A stretch of DNA of 64,000 nt from Candidatus Saccharimonadota bacterium. Lineage in GTDB: Bacteria; Patescibacteriota; Saccharimonadia; Saccharimonadales; Saccharimonadaceae. The stretch lies in the NCBI GenBank assembly GCA_017510835.1, contig JAFWLZ010000034.1, forward strand, positions 607 through 64,606, given 5' to 3'. The notes beneath the pieces were generated by a model, which saw nothing but the letters and a program-made list of their open reading frames with translations, did no database searches and was not told where the DNA came from. This document shows, piece by piece, positions 18,340 to 26,893 of the stretch. The position numbers and the translations under genes were made by a program. How positions within the stretch are numbered: position 1 is the stretch's first letter; each line of letters starts with the position of its first letter.

Positions 18340-18756
18340 CTAACCGAACAAAAAGTCAAGCCACTCGTCGAGATTGGTGCGTTTTTTCTGCGGCTCATCG
18401 ATTTCGGAGTACTTTGTTTTTGCAGTTTCGGTATTATCTGGCAGGATTACCATCGTCTCCCCTTCGATCATCATGCCCTGCTTTTCGCGCGCCATGATTT
18501 CCTTGTATTCGTCGGTATCGTAATATTTCTGTTCGAGCTGGAGCGTTTCGACTTCAAGCTTCAACTTTTCTGACTGAAGCGTAATCTCTTTTAACTTTTG
18601 CTCAAGTTGCCAGTTGCGCGTAGTCGCAGTAATCGCATTGTAGGTAAAAACTAAGCCCAAAATCAGAGCAGCCGCAGCAGCGATATTATGGACAGTCAAA
18701 TAATCCTTCTTCGTATAATATTTGACCCGACGAAGCTTAGTTTTAATTTTATCCAT
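18340..18756 (-). CDS. FtsB/DivIC-like septum formation initiator
   Basis: Single TM (NIAAAAALILGLVFTY) followed by a leucine-zipper-like coiled coil (LEQKLKEITLQSEKLKLEVETLQLE). TATAAT lies 6 nt upstream of ATG 18756. Confidence 0.55.
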   Translation of the reverse strand: MDKIKTKLRRVKYYTKKDYLTVHNIAAAAALILGLVFTYNAITATTRNWQLEQKLKEITLQSEKLKLEVETLQLEQKYYDTDEYKEIMAREKQGMMIEGETMVILPDNTETAKTKYSEIDEPQKKRTNLDEWLDFLFG

Positions 18757-18777
18757 ATGGATATTATAGCACTAGCG

Positions 18778-20787
18778 CTATTCGATAACCCAAGGATTCA
18801 GATAATCGCCAGTGCCAGACGTAATCTTAGTACTAGGTTTCAATGAGACAACTGGGCGTACCACTAGATTTTTACTGTAATGAGATGTACTAGAGACAGG
18901 AGCATAAGTATTTCCGCCTTGTCCATACACATAGACCCACGTGTTATTGTCAACACTCGTACCTGCTGGCGACATCGTCCATTCGTATATGCTGTAGTTA
19001 CTGTGGTCTAGGTATGAGGACGTTGAGTTATATGCAAGCAATACTTCATCGATCGTCAACAAGCCTACTGGATATTCAAGCTCGCCATTACCGTTACTTT
19101 CTGAGACTGTAAATGAATCTGCCTTGCTACATGCTAGGCTCGGGTGAGCCGGATTGTTTTTGCCTTCGTTATTGTCGTAAAGCTCATTTCGCCCACGGCC
19201 GCCATTCCAGCCACGATAGAAATTAATATCACTATTGACCGCGTCATACTCGCTTATTATTCTGCCAGAAAGGCCGCCACTCCAGAAGCTTCGATCGCTA
19301 CAGAATGGCGTATCTTCAAGCTTGTTTGTATATGCAGTCATATTTTGACTATACCATTCGTCAACTTTTGCTTTTGCGAACGAATCATGTTCATTTGCGA
19401 AGACGCTATTTCTATAATCTTCAAGCTTTTTCCCGTTATACAGCGATATCGCGTAATTTGTACTGTAGATATCAGTGCTAGCAATATATACCAAATAATC
19501 TACTGTACCTGGACATTCCGTACTAGCTCTATAGCAAGTATAGCGATGACCATTAGCAACATCTCGTCCGCCAGACCATTTATCGTTAATCTCGATTATG
19601 TCACCCGAAAGAATATATTTCGTACCGTCCCATTCAACATCTGATGCAAAAGAAATCTTTCCATCTGTACTCCAGTATTCGTTAATGCGATTTTTAACAT
19701 ATGAGTCGTTAGAGTAATTGTCACGCTCCGATATATAGTCTGCATTTCCGTACATATAGCCGAGCATACGTACCGATTTTGATGCGCTATTATTAGGATC
19801 CTGGTAAGCGGTCTGAAGGTTCCCAAAATTGAACTGTGGAGCGCAGGCTGGACCATTCGGGCCTTGGAATGAATTACCATTCGCGATAAGCTTCACGCCA
19901 CCCGTGCTAGTAGTGCGAACCGCCTGCCAACATTTACCGGCAAAGTATACTTCATTATTGCTTAAGCCGGCTCGGAAATAATGAACTGGATATTCATCCT
20001 GCATCGTAGTAGAGACCGTACTTACGCCGATACGATCATAGTCAAAGGCTTGGTTTTTACCGAAGACGGTATTTTCATCTGAGCCAACAGATTTACAGGC
20101 AATAATATCGTAAAGTTCGGTCAATTCAGATGGTGTAGTACAATCGACCACGTGGCGCGGCTCCGGATATTCCTCGTCCTGAGCCTGGAAAGTAATGTAG
20201 AGATGATAGGTTGCTTCAGCATAATCGGAAGGAACCGTCTCGCTAATGAGGCCACCAGAACTGTAGCGTACTTCGCCGGCAGTGTTCACTTCACAGTTAA
20301 AGGTCACAGATTCTAGGAGTGAAAGCGTAGATTCATTTTGTTGAAGCGCAGTGTTGTAGTAGTACCAGCCATCGCCCTTTAGCGTCCAAGCACTATCATT
20401 CTGCGTATTAATAATAGCGTAGTGTTTTGTGACATTGTTTTCGGTCCAAGTAAGTGGCAAGTCGGTCGTAGTGTGGTCACTTGCAGGCGTTTGCGAATCT
20501 TTCACGCGCCAGTATTCATTAATCTTCATGCGAACATAGCGCGGGGTGGCATTTTTATTTGTCGCAATAGCGGTCTTTGGCTCTTCGTCACAAGGCTGCC
20601 AACTTTGAGGCGAGTCGAAGGTTTCGACGAATTCCATCGTATCGGCGCCAAGGCCAAAAAGGTTATTAAAGAATGTGCTGTTTTGGTTGTAGGCGATTGT
20701 TCCGACTACAGAAAAACATAATATTGCTACACCGGCTACGGCGAGAACTCGCTTCTTTTTGAGCGAAAGAGATTTGAAACGCTTCAT
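18778..20787 (-). CDS. secreted surface protein, TasA/BsaA-like N-terminal module with SipW-type signal plus a paralog-specific body (669 aa)
   Basis: MKRFKSLSLKKKRVLAVAGVAILCFSVVGTIAYNQNSTFFNNLF...EFVETFDSPQSWQPC..PKTAIATNKNATPRYVRMKINEYW...GDGWYYYNTAL..ESTLSLLESVTF. It is a full-length paralog of 38309..40327 and shares its N-module with 29051..35968. Confidence 0.7.
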   Translation of the reverse strand: MKRFKSLSLKKKRVLAVAGVAILCFSVVGTIAYNQNSTFFNNLFGLGADTMEFVETFDSPQSWQPCDEEPKTAIATNKNATPRYVRMKINEYWRVKDSQTPASDHTTTDLPLTWTENNVTKHYAIINTQNDSAWTLKGDGWYYYNTALQQNESTLSLLESVTFNCEVNTAGEVRYSSGGLISETVPSDYAEATYHLYITFQAQDEEYPEPRHVVDCTTPSELTELYDIIACKSVGSDENTVFGKNQAFDYDRIGVSTVSTTMQDEYPVHYFRAGLSNNEVYFAGKCWQAVRTTSTGGVKLIANGNSFQGPNGPACAPQFNFGNLQTAYQDPNNSASKSVRMLGYMYGNADYISERDNYSNDSYVKNRINEYWSTDGKISFASDVEWDGTKYILSGDIIEINDKWSGGRDVANGHRYTCYRASTECPGTVDYLVYIASTDIYSTNYAISLYNGKKLEDYRNSVFANEHDSFAKAKVDEWYSQNMTAYTNKLEDTPFCSDRSFWSGGLSGRIISEYDAVNSDINFYRGWNGGRGRNELYDNNEGKNNPAHPSLACSKADSFTVSESNGNGELEYPVGLLTIDEVLLAYNSTSSYLDHSNYSIYEWTMSPAGTSVDNNTWVYVYGQGGNTYAPVSSTSHYSKNLVVRPVVSLKPSTKITSGTGDYLNPWVIE

Positions 20788-20828
20788 TTTGACCTTCTAT
20801 TTATTTTTACGTAAAAATGCTTATGAAT

Positions 20829-20857
20829 ATTTTAATAAAAATAATATGAGCTGTCAA
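20829..20857 (-). promoter_or_regulatory. promoter of 18778..20787
   Basis: On the minus strand: TTGACA, 17 nt, TAAAAT, then a 41-nt leader ending AAATAGAAGGTCAAA-ATG. Confidence 0.6.
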
Positions 20858-20891
20858 GAGGCAAAAGAACTGTGATAAAATAATATGGTAT

Positions 20892-20967
20892 GGGGGCATA
20901 GCTCAGTGGTTAGAGCAGTCGGCTCATAACCGATTGGTCGCTGGTTCAAGTCCAGCTGCCCCCACCA
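20892..20967 (+). tRNA. tRNA with CAT anticodon (elongator Met, or Ile2 read as lysidine-AU)
   Basis: 76-nt cloverleaf: GGGGGCA/TGCCCCC acceptor, loop CTCATAA, T arm GCTGG-TTCAAGT-CCAGC, CCA. From memory, the anticodon and T arms closely resemble E. coli ileX/B. subtilis tRNA-Ile2, so Ile2 is plausible. Confidence 0.85.
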
Positions 20968-21249
20968 GATTTTATATAAAGCCGATTTTTCGTCATTTCG
21001 CCCCTGTAATTCGCTGTTAAGTACCTTGCGAAGTCCAGGGGCTAATTTTTTTGACGATTTTTCGATAAAATCGAGCCATGGATATGGTTCTACCTCTATA
21101 ATTTTGGCTGTTAATACCTTGCCATTCGATTCATATCCTACTTCTTGCTCAATAAGTATGACTGGCGGTCCGATTGATTGCAGAAATGTCCCGCGTTCCC
21201 CTCACCAATCTATTTAGCAAGAATGCATGGGCGCTCTTGCTAATATATA

Positions 21250-21278
21250 TTGACAAAAATAAAAATCTATGATATAAT
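21250..21278 (+). promoter_or_regulatory. consensus sigma70-type promoter
   Basis: TTGACA (21250-21255), 17 nt, TGaTATAAT (TATAAT at 21273-21278). About 150-nt leader to ATG 21440. Confidence 0.55.
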
Positions 21279-21439
21279 AAAGCGGATGTTCAAAAAATGA
21301 GCATAGTAGTATCTTAAAAAAATTTGTGGAATAGTGATCATTTGTGTAAAAAGATTTGGCGAAAGAAATGTTTTAAAGAAATCGATGAAGAAATTGGATT
21401 TTAGAAGAATCGCCAAGAACACAAAAAGGAGGTACTGTT

Positions 21440-21904
21440 ATGGAACTCTATATTCACTATGGCTCCACAAATTTCGACCCTAGTTACTTTGCGCAGGTCA
21501 CCAACCGAGACACACTCAGAGTCAAGCCTGACGGCGGGCTCTGGGCCTCTCGCGTTGATGTGAAATACGGTTGGCGCGATTGGTGCGAAAATGCAGAATT
21601 CGGGCTCGAGAGCCTGAAAACTCATTTTTGTTTCCTAATTACGCCTGCCGCAAAGGTCTTTCATCTTTACACCAGTAAAGATTTAGACCGCCTGCCGCAT
21701 CGTAACGACTGCCACGATCAATGGGAGTTCTATCCGGATTTTGAGCAGATGGTAACAGATGGCTGGGATGCCATCGAGCTCCATCTTTCAGATACGGATA
21801 TAAGCTGGGGCAACGATAGTCTGCATTTTCGGCTTTATGGCTGGGATTGTGACTCAATCCTGATCATGAACCCCAAGATCGTCTCACCCGTTACCCACAT
21901 CTAG
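21440..21904 (+). CDS. hypothetical protein (154 aa), visibly GC-richer than its neighbours
   Basis: Strong SD AAAAAGGAGGT lies 7 nt upstream. Motifs KPDGGLWAS, WRDWC and GWDCDS are not assignable to a family. Confidence 0.65.
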   Translation: MELYIHYGSTNFDPSYFAQVTNRDTLRVKPDGGLWASRVDVKYGWRDWCENAEFGLESLKTHFCFLITPAAKVFHLYTSKDLDRLPHRNDCHDQWEFYPDFEQMVTDGWDAIELHLSDTDISWGNDSLHFRLYGWDCDSILIMNPKIVSPVTHI

Positions 21905-21914
21905 GCAGAAAAGT

Positions 21915-21940
21915 CCTCGGCAGCCAGCCGGGGCTTTTTT
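21915..21940 (+). terminator. intrinsic terminator
   Basis: CCTCGGC-AGCCA-GCCGGGG hairpin followed by CTTTTTT. Confidence 0.5.
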
Positions 21941-22112
21941 ATGAACGACCTTCTATGTGTGACTAACCATCAACCATCACACTCATAGTTCTGTAGTTTT
22001 TTTATATATCCTCCTTATATACTGTTAATGCCTGAATAATTCGCCCCCACCAAGTGCTCAGACCTTTTTCTTAGAAAGAAAAAGTCTGACAAAAAGAATT
22101 TATTACGAAAAA

Positions 22113-22145
22113 GAAATCCACGCACATGACGCGGATTTCTTTTTT
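22113..22145. terminator. bidirectional terminator between convergent genes
   Basis: GAAATCCACG...CGCGGATTTC hairpin flanked by an A-run and a T-run. Confidence 0.5.
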
Positions 22146-22154
22146 GATTATTAA

Positions 22155-23090
22155 TTATTTTGAAAGCGCTTGATATATTTTCTCAAGTAAGTCATTCTGC
22201 TCAGAAGATTTTAGATTTGGCGAAACTCTTACTAAAGTTGTATTGATTAACTTGGATTTTCCGGCGCTTAGAACCCCTGTAAAACCATCTAAATATTCTT
22301 TTCGTTTCTTTGCGTCTTCTACTGAGCGAAATACTTCTATAGTACCGCCAGCATCTGATCCACTTTCAGCGCAACTATTTGGGCTTGCTACGAAATTAAA
22401 ATTATCATCAAGATCGCCATAGTACTTCAGATCAACACGATTATCAATATAGCTTACTTTTATATAATACTGACCATCTTTGCCAATTTCATTATTCGGA
22501 TCATTATCTTCATTTAAAATACATGATTCTTTTATCGAATCAATCGTCTTTAGCGCAGCAGCAATTGCTTCCTTATTAGGCTCTGCGTTAATGGATGCGT
22601 CGTCTTCGCTAGTTAAATTCGTAGTGATGGTTAGTTTATAGTTAACTACTTCTTTGCCATCTTTGTCTTTCATGACTAATTCATAATTATTATCCGTAGA
22701 TGCGATTTTCTCTTCCCTCACTACTACTTTTTTATATGAGATTTTTTTGCCATTGAAAGAAATGCTGTTTTCATTAGTATTGAAATTTAAAGAATTATCA
22801 TCTTTCAATTCTACAGTTCCGTCGCCGCTGTATGTGCCAGAAATTTTCAATTCCTCGCATACATAAGATCCATTTTCTTCTTTTGAATTACAGTCAACTG
22901 AAAGAGAGGCTGATATTTCTTTTATTCCATTATTGTTTACAGAATTACTAACATTCGCACCATTAATTACGATGTCGTATTTCGGTAATAACAAGAAAAA
23001 CACTAAGGCTCCTATAGACACAGCGATAATGATTGCCGCAATAATGATAAATACTTTCTTATTGCTCTTTTTACTTTTTTCTTTATTCAT
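22155..23090 (-). CDS. membrane-anchored extracellular protein, unknown function (311 aa), AT-rich
   Basis: N-terminal anchor KKVFIIIAAIIIAVSIGALVFFLLL. SD GAGGAGG lies upstream. Confidence 0.6.
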   Translation of the reverse strand: MNKEKSKKSNKKVFIIIAAIIIAVSIGALVFFLLLPKYDIVINGANVSNSVNNNGIKEISASLSVDCNSKEENGSYVCEELKISGTYSGDGTVELKDDNSLNFNTNENSISFNGKKISYKKVVVREEKIASTDNNYELVMKDKDGKEVVNYKLTITTNLTSEDDASINAEPNKEAIAAALKTIDSIKESCILNEDNDPNNEIGKDGQYYIKVSYIDNRVDLKYYGDLDDNFNFVASPNSCAESGSDAGGTIEVFRSVEDAKKRKEYLDGFTGVLSAGKSKLINTTLVRVSPNLKSSEQNDLLEKIYQALSK

Positions 23091-23232
23091 AATACTGCCT
23101 CCTCTTTTATAAAAATAATATCACAGTTGTCCACTTCAAGTTATGGCGCATCCGATAATGCTCATATAAATCATTAGGCAGTAAAGCAAAAACGAGTCAC
23201 AATATAAATGTAACTCGTTTTATAATTAATGA

Positions 23233-23835
23233 TTATAATACTTTCTTCTGCCAGGATTTCTTGCCACATTTCGGGCAACGAAGATGGCGAGTGCGACCCA
23301 TATGCATCGCAAAGAAGACTGGCCAGTATTTTGGTACGTATTTATGCCCACATTCTTCGCATTTATAGTATCCGGCGATTTGCTCGATACGGAGACCAAA
23401 GAACATCGTGGCAAGGAATAACACGAAACCGATGCTCATAATTGTCCATCTAGTCCAATCCGGCATTTCTATTGCAGCTGCAATAATAACTAACGTCAAC
23501 AGCGTCACTACTGCAATTACTGCAAGCACCCACTCGAGGCTAAGCAGTTGCTTGTCCTTCTGTTCTTTTAGCTTTGTAAGCTCGAGGAGGTTTTCTTCTA
23601 ATCTCTTTTCATTATTTTTCATGTCAACTATTTCTCCGCTGAATAAGTCATTAATTGTAATGTCAAAAAGTTTACATAGGGTTGGCATTTTGGCGGCCTC
23701 GGGCAGACAAATGCCGCGCTCCCATTTTGAGATTGAGCGATTCGAAAGATCCAGCTCTTCCGCAAGACTCTCCTGCGTGAAGCCCTTTTCGACGCGCTTT
23801 TTAGCGATAAATTTTCCAATTTTCTTTAAGTCCAT
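23233..23835 (-). CDS. XRE-family HTH regulator fused to TM helices and a C-terminal zinc ribbon
   Basis: HTH FTQESLAEELDLSNRSISKWERG, two TM helices, then CEECGHKY...CPKCGKK. SD AAGGAG lies upstream. Confidence 0.75.
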   Translation of the reverse strand: MDLKKIGKFIAKKRVEKGFTQESLAEELDLSNRSISKWERGICLPEAAKMPTLCKLFDITINDLFSGEIVDMKNNEKRLEENLLELTKLKEQKDKQLLSLEWVLAVIAVVTLLTLVIIAAAIEMPDWTRWTIMSIGFVLFLATMFFGLRIEQIAGYYKCEECGHKYVPKYWPVFFAMHMGRTRHLRCPKCGKKSWQKKVL

Positions 23836-23999
23836 TAGGCTCCTTTATATTAATTTTAGTCCATTTTAAGCGTTTGCAGTAAAAAAGACCACAAACCGTA
23901 GGTAGAATCTTTGCTTATATTGCATTTTTTAGCGTTTTGTGGTATAATATATATAGGCGCCCTATGGGTGTACTTTAAAAAAGAAAGAGGTGATAAACC

Positions 24000-24833
24000 T
24001 TGCAAGAAAACAGCTACAATCTAAAAGAGGAAGCTTGGACTGCATTCAAAGAGGCAATGAGTAGAAAAGCCGCCATCACAACGATTCATGATCTCGCATA
24101 CAATATTTATAATGATGCAAGACTGGAATACGAACGAATGATCCAAGCCATCGAAGAATCCAAGAGGATTTGGGAAGAGTTCAACCAGCTGAGCGAAGAA
24201 ACCGACACAAAAATTAGCGAATTATTTCAGCTTAGTGCAGTAGAACACCGCGCAATGTGTGATGCTTACGCCAAATCGAAAGAAGCCAGAAATGAGAAGA
24301 AAAGTTTCTTAGCAGAAAGATATTCTCAGGAAGGATTCGATCATCGCGAAAAGCGAGACGAGATTAACGAGCAAATTTCTGAATTAAAACGCGCGCTGTA
24401 TGAAGCTAAACGTAATACGAAAAAGAAATCGCAATATGTTAATCCGGAAGAACTCGAAGATGCCAAGGAGCTCATGGAGCACTGGCGAGAAAAATTTAAT
24501 ATTGAAAAGGAGAAAATGCAGAAAGCAAAAGCCGAATGCAACGAACTCCACGAAAAAGCGCTGAAGGCGCAAGAAAAATATGAGCGCGAGAAAGAAGCGC
24601 GTAAAGTAGCTAACAACATCGTACCTCAGCCACTCAAAGCAATGTCGCTTTACGAGGGTCTGAGAGAAGAATATGTCGCTCTTCTAGAGGAAGATGCGGA
24701 AATCATGCAGACACTGAAAGAATGCAATAAAGTCGAAAAAAGGTTTAGAAAAGAAAGCGACAAGTTCAGAAGAAAAATAAAGAAAAACTGGTCGCTAGAT
24801 AAGGCCGGTATAAACTGGGCCGATAGAGCATAA
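24000..24833 (+). CDS. Lys/Glu-rich coiled-coil protein (277 aa, TTG start)
   Basis: SD AGAGGTGA lies 7 nt upstream of TTG 24000. Highly charged heptad-like sequence. Confidence 0.55.
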   Translation: MQENSYNLKEEAWTAFKEAMSRKAAITTIHDLAYNIYNDARLEYERMIQAIEESKRIWEEFNQLSEETDTKISELFQLSAVEHRAMCDAYAKSKEARNEKKSFLAERYSQEGFDHREKRDEINEQISELKRALYEAKRNTKKKSQYVNPEELEDAKELMEHWREKFNIEKEKMQKAKAECNELHEKALKAQEKYEREKEARKVANNIVPQPLKAMSLYEGLREEYVALLEEDAEIMQTLKECNKVEKRFRKESDKFRRKIKKNWSLDKAGINWADRA

Positions 24834-24845
24834 GACACCTCAAAA

Positions 24846-24878
24846 AACGTCGAGCAGCAACATCGCTCGGCGTTTTTT
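24846..24878. terminator. bidirectional intrinsic terminator
   Basis: AACGTCGAGC...GCTCGGCGTT hairpin with one G-U pair, an A-run before it and TTTTT after it. Confidence 0.6.
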
Positions 24879-25806
24879 AATGCAGGAGAAGAAGCCAGAC
24901 CATCAAGGGCATCGTGCCGAGCGAGAGAATCGTCGAAATCGTGACAAGTTCTGAAGCCTCAATATCATTCCCGCCATATTTCGCCGCAAAGAGGCCAAGG
25001 CTAGTCGCGGTTGGAAGAGTTTGAATAATCGTACAGACCACAATGACTTCGTCTGGGAAATTCAGGAATTTGAGCAAGAAATAAGTCATCACCGGCCCAA
25101 TAATAAGTTGAATAATCGCCGTGACAGTCAGGCGCCACTTTTTGAGCAGTTTTCTGAAATCAGCATGGCTCAGCATGAAGCCGATACAAATAATCGACAG
25201 CGCGGTCGTGGCGTTGCCAGTAAACTGGGCGGCGTCCATGACAAAACCAGGCAGACGAATTCCCGATAGAAACATTGCCATACCGAGAAAAACAGCAATA
25301 ATGTTTGGATTCTTTACAATGCCGTAGAATAGTTTCGGCGTGAGTTTGCGCTCGAATAGATACACGCCATAGGAAAAGAGTGCGATATTGAAGGCGATAA
25401 TGAAGCCGCAATATGGAATAATTCCCTGTTCGCCAAAAACGCTAGAAATGATTGGATAGCCAAGGAAAGTAGCGTTGTTGAAAATAAGCGCGAATTGCGA
25501 TTCATAACGAAGCTCGCCTTTATAGAAAGCCTTATTAAAAATGAGTTTACTGGCAATGATGAGGGCTAGCATGACAATCACGCCCGCCGCAAGACCTTTA
25601 AAGAAGAGGTCTGAGGTATCCTCGTTGAATTCGCTCGGGAAAGCGACAAAGAGTGACGCCGGCATAAAGACCGTCAATAGAAGATTAACGAGACAACGAT
25701 TAGATTTCGTGTCAATTAGCTTGGCTTTGCCGAGGATAAAACCGAGCACTAGAATAATAGCGATAGTGCCGAGGCGCGAGTAGAAAAGCTCAAGCGGAAT
25801 ATTCAT
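24877..25806 (-). CDS. AEC (auxin efflux carrier) family transporter
   Basis: Trimmed to ATG 25806, which has TATAAT 6 nt upstream. About ten TM helices. The N-terminus LGFILGKAKLID...LLLTVFMPASLF is typical of AEC/malate permease-like proteins. Confidence 0.75.
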   Translation of the reverse strand: MNIPLELFYSRLGTIAIILVLGFILGKAKLIDTKSNRCLVNLLLTVFMPASLFVAFPSEFNEDTSDLFFKGLAAGVIVMLALIIASKLIFNKAFYKGELRYESQFALIFNNATFLGYPIISSVFGEQGIIPYCGFIIAFNIALFSYGVYLFERKLTPKLFYGIVKNPNIIAVFLGMAMFLSGIRLPGFVMDAAQFTGNATTALSIICIGFMLSHADFRKLLKKWRLTVTAIIQLIIGPVMTYFLLKFLNFPDEVIVVCTIIQTLPTATSLGLFAAKYGGNDIEASELVTISTILSLGTMPLMVWLLLLH

Positions 25807-25880
25807 ACCATAATTATACAACACAAAATACGACCACCGTAGTGGCCGTATCTGAAACCTAAATAATCAACAAGTGCTAA

Positions 25881-26087
25881 TTATTTTTTGCGGGAAACGG
25901 TCAAGAAACCGTTGCGTGGGTTTTCATTAACTTCGCGGTCTGCTGGAAGGTCACATGGGGTGCCCTTTGCATTCTTCGCAACCTTGGTGAAGAAGTAAAT
26001 CGTCTGTGGTTTGCCACCACGGAGAGTAACCTCGGATTTGTGAAGATAGTATTTTACACCCTTGGAATTGGTATGTTCGTAAGCCAT
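25881..26087 (-). CDS. small conserved hypothetical protein (68 aa)
   Basis: SD GGAGGA lies upstream. KGVKYYLHKSEVTLRGGKPQTIYFF pattern. Confidence 0.55.
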   Translation of the reverse strand: MAYEHTNSKGVKYYLHKSEVTLRGGKPQTIYFFTKVAKNAKGTPCDLPADREVNENPRNGFLTVSRKK

Positions 26088-26160
26088 TTTAGACTTTCCT
26101 CCGTTAGTTAGTTATACTCTTATCTTATGGCCCCTGTAAGGTGTTGTCAAGAGGAAAACG

Positions 26161-26874
26161 CTATTTTTTATTACTTTTTTCTAAGATGAGGAGGGCAAGA
26201 TGAATAAATATCCAGATAAAGAAGCGTACGATTAAGATAAACGCTAGGATTATACAGATAAGAAGGCAAATGCCAGACCAGCACGGATACCAGAGTGGCG
26301 AAGAATATTCATGACGGAATAATTCCGTTGAAGGAAGCTGCGCGGCCCCCTCGACGTCCAGAGTACCGAGATCTGGGTATTTTGCCAGCTCATCCTGATA
26401 GCACTGAATATAGCGTGCGTTAAAGCCCCAGCCATTGGCGCGACTGCGCTCATCGCAAACCTCGGCAGCCTTTTTATAGACGTTGCCATTCGGGTTGGAA
26501 GTATTTTTCTCTACCTCCGCCTTTGCAGCAGCAATAGCTTCGTTTGCTTTACGGAGATACTGGTTTTCGAGATAGAATGGCCCAGTTCCGAAGGTGATTT
26601 TCTGAGTGCCGTTTTCTTCGACCGTATTAAAGATGATGTGATGAAGAGTAAAATCATGTAGTTCCGAGAGTGCGGAAGCAATCTTTTCGTCATCATTCTC
26701 GGCATCAGCCGCCATTACAGCGTCACGAAGCTCGGTCATCTTGATATGATCAAAACGCATCAGCGTAGCGGTGAGAAATCCCAAGAGAATCAAAATCAAC
26801 ACTATCTTCCAACTCGAGAGGCGGAAGACTTTGGTTAGCGACTGCTTTAACTTGTTTTTAGACAGTCCACCCAT
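26161..26874 (-). CDS. membrane protein, unknown function (237 aa)
   Basis: N-terminal and C-terminal TM helices flank a soluble domain. Its start lies only 19 bp from the divergent murC start. Confidence 0.55.
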   Translation of the reverse strand: MGGLSKNKLKQSLTKVFRLSSWKIVLILILLGFLTATLMRFDHIKMTELRDAVMAADAENDDEKIASALSELHDFTLHHIIFNTVEENGTQKITFGTGPFYLENQYLRKANEAIAAAKAEVEKNTSNPNGNVYKKAAEVCDERSRANGWGFNARYIQCYQDELAKYPDLGTLDVEGAAQLPSTELFRHEYSSPLWYPCWSGICLLICIILAFILIVRFFIWIFIHLALLILEKSNKK

Positions 26875-26893
26875 AATATATTATTATTGTATC

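Noticed and set aside
20968-21439. ORF 21026..21217 (+, TTG start), and a long minus-strand open frame that reads through the tRNA
   Set aside because: The plus ORF has no SD or promoter and a low-complexity sequence. The minus frame has no start codon and continues across the tRNA gene. At most it is a decayed gene fragment, and it is mentioned under the island finding.
23880-23950. Imperfect inverted repeat CCACAAACCG / CGTTTTGTGG between the XRE gene and the divergent coiled-coil gene, as a possible operator
   Set aside because: It is only 9/10 complementary with a spacer of about 40 nt, and it occurs once. That is not enough to call an operator without comparative data.
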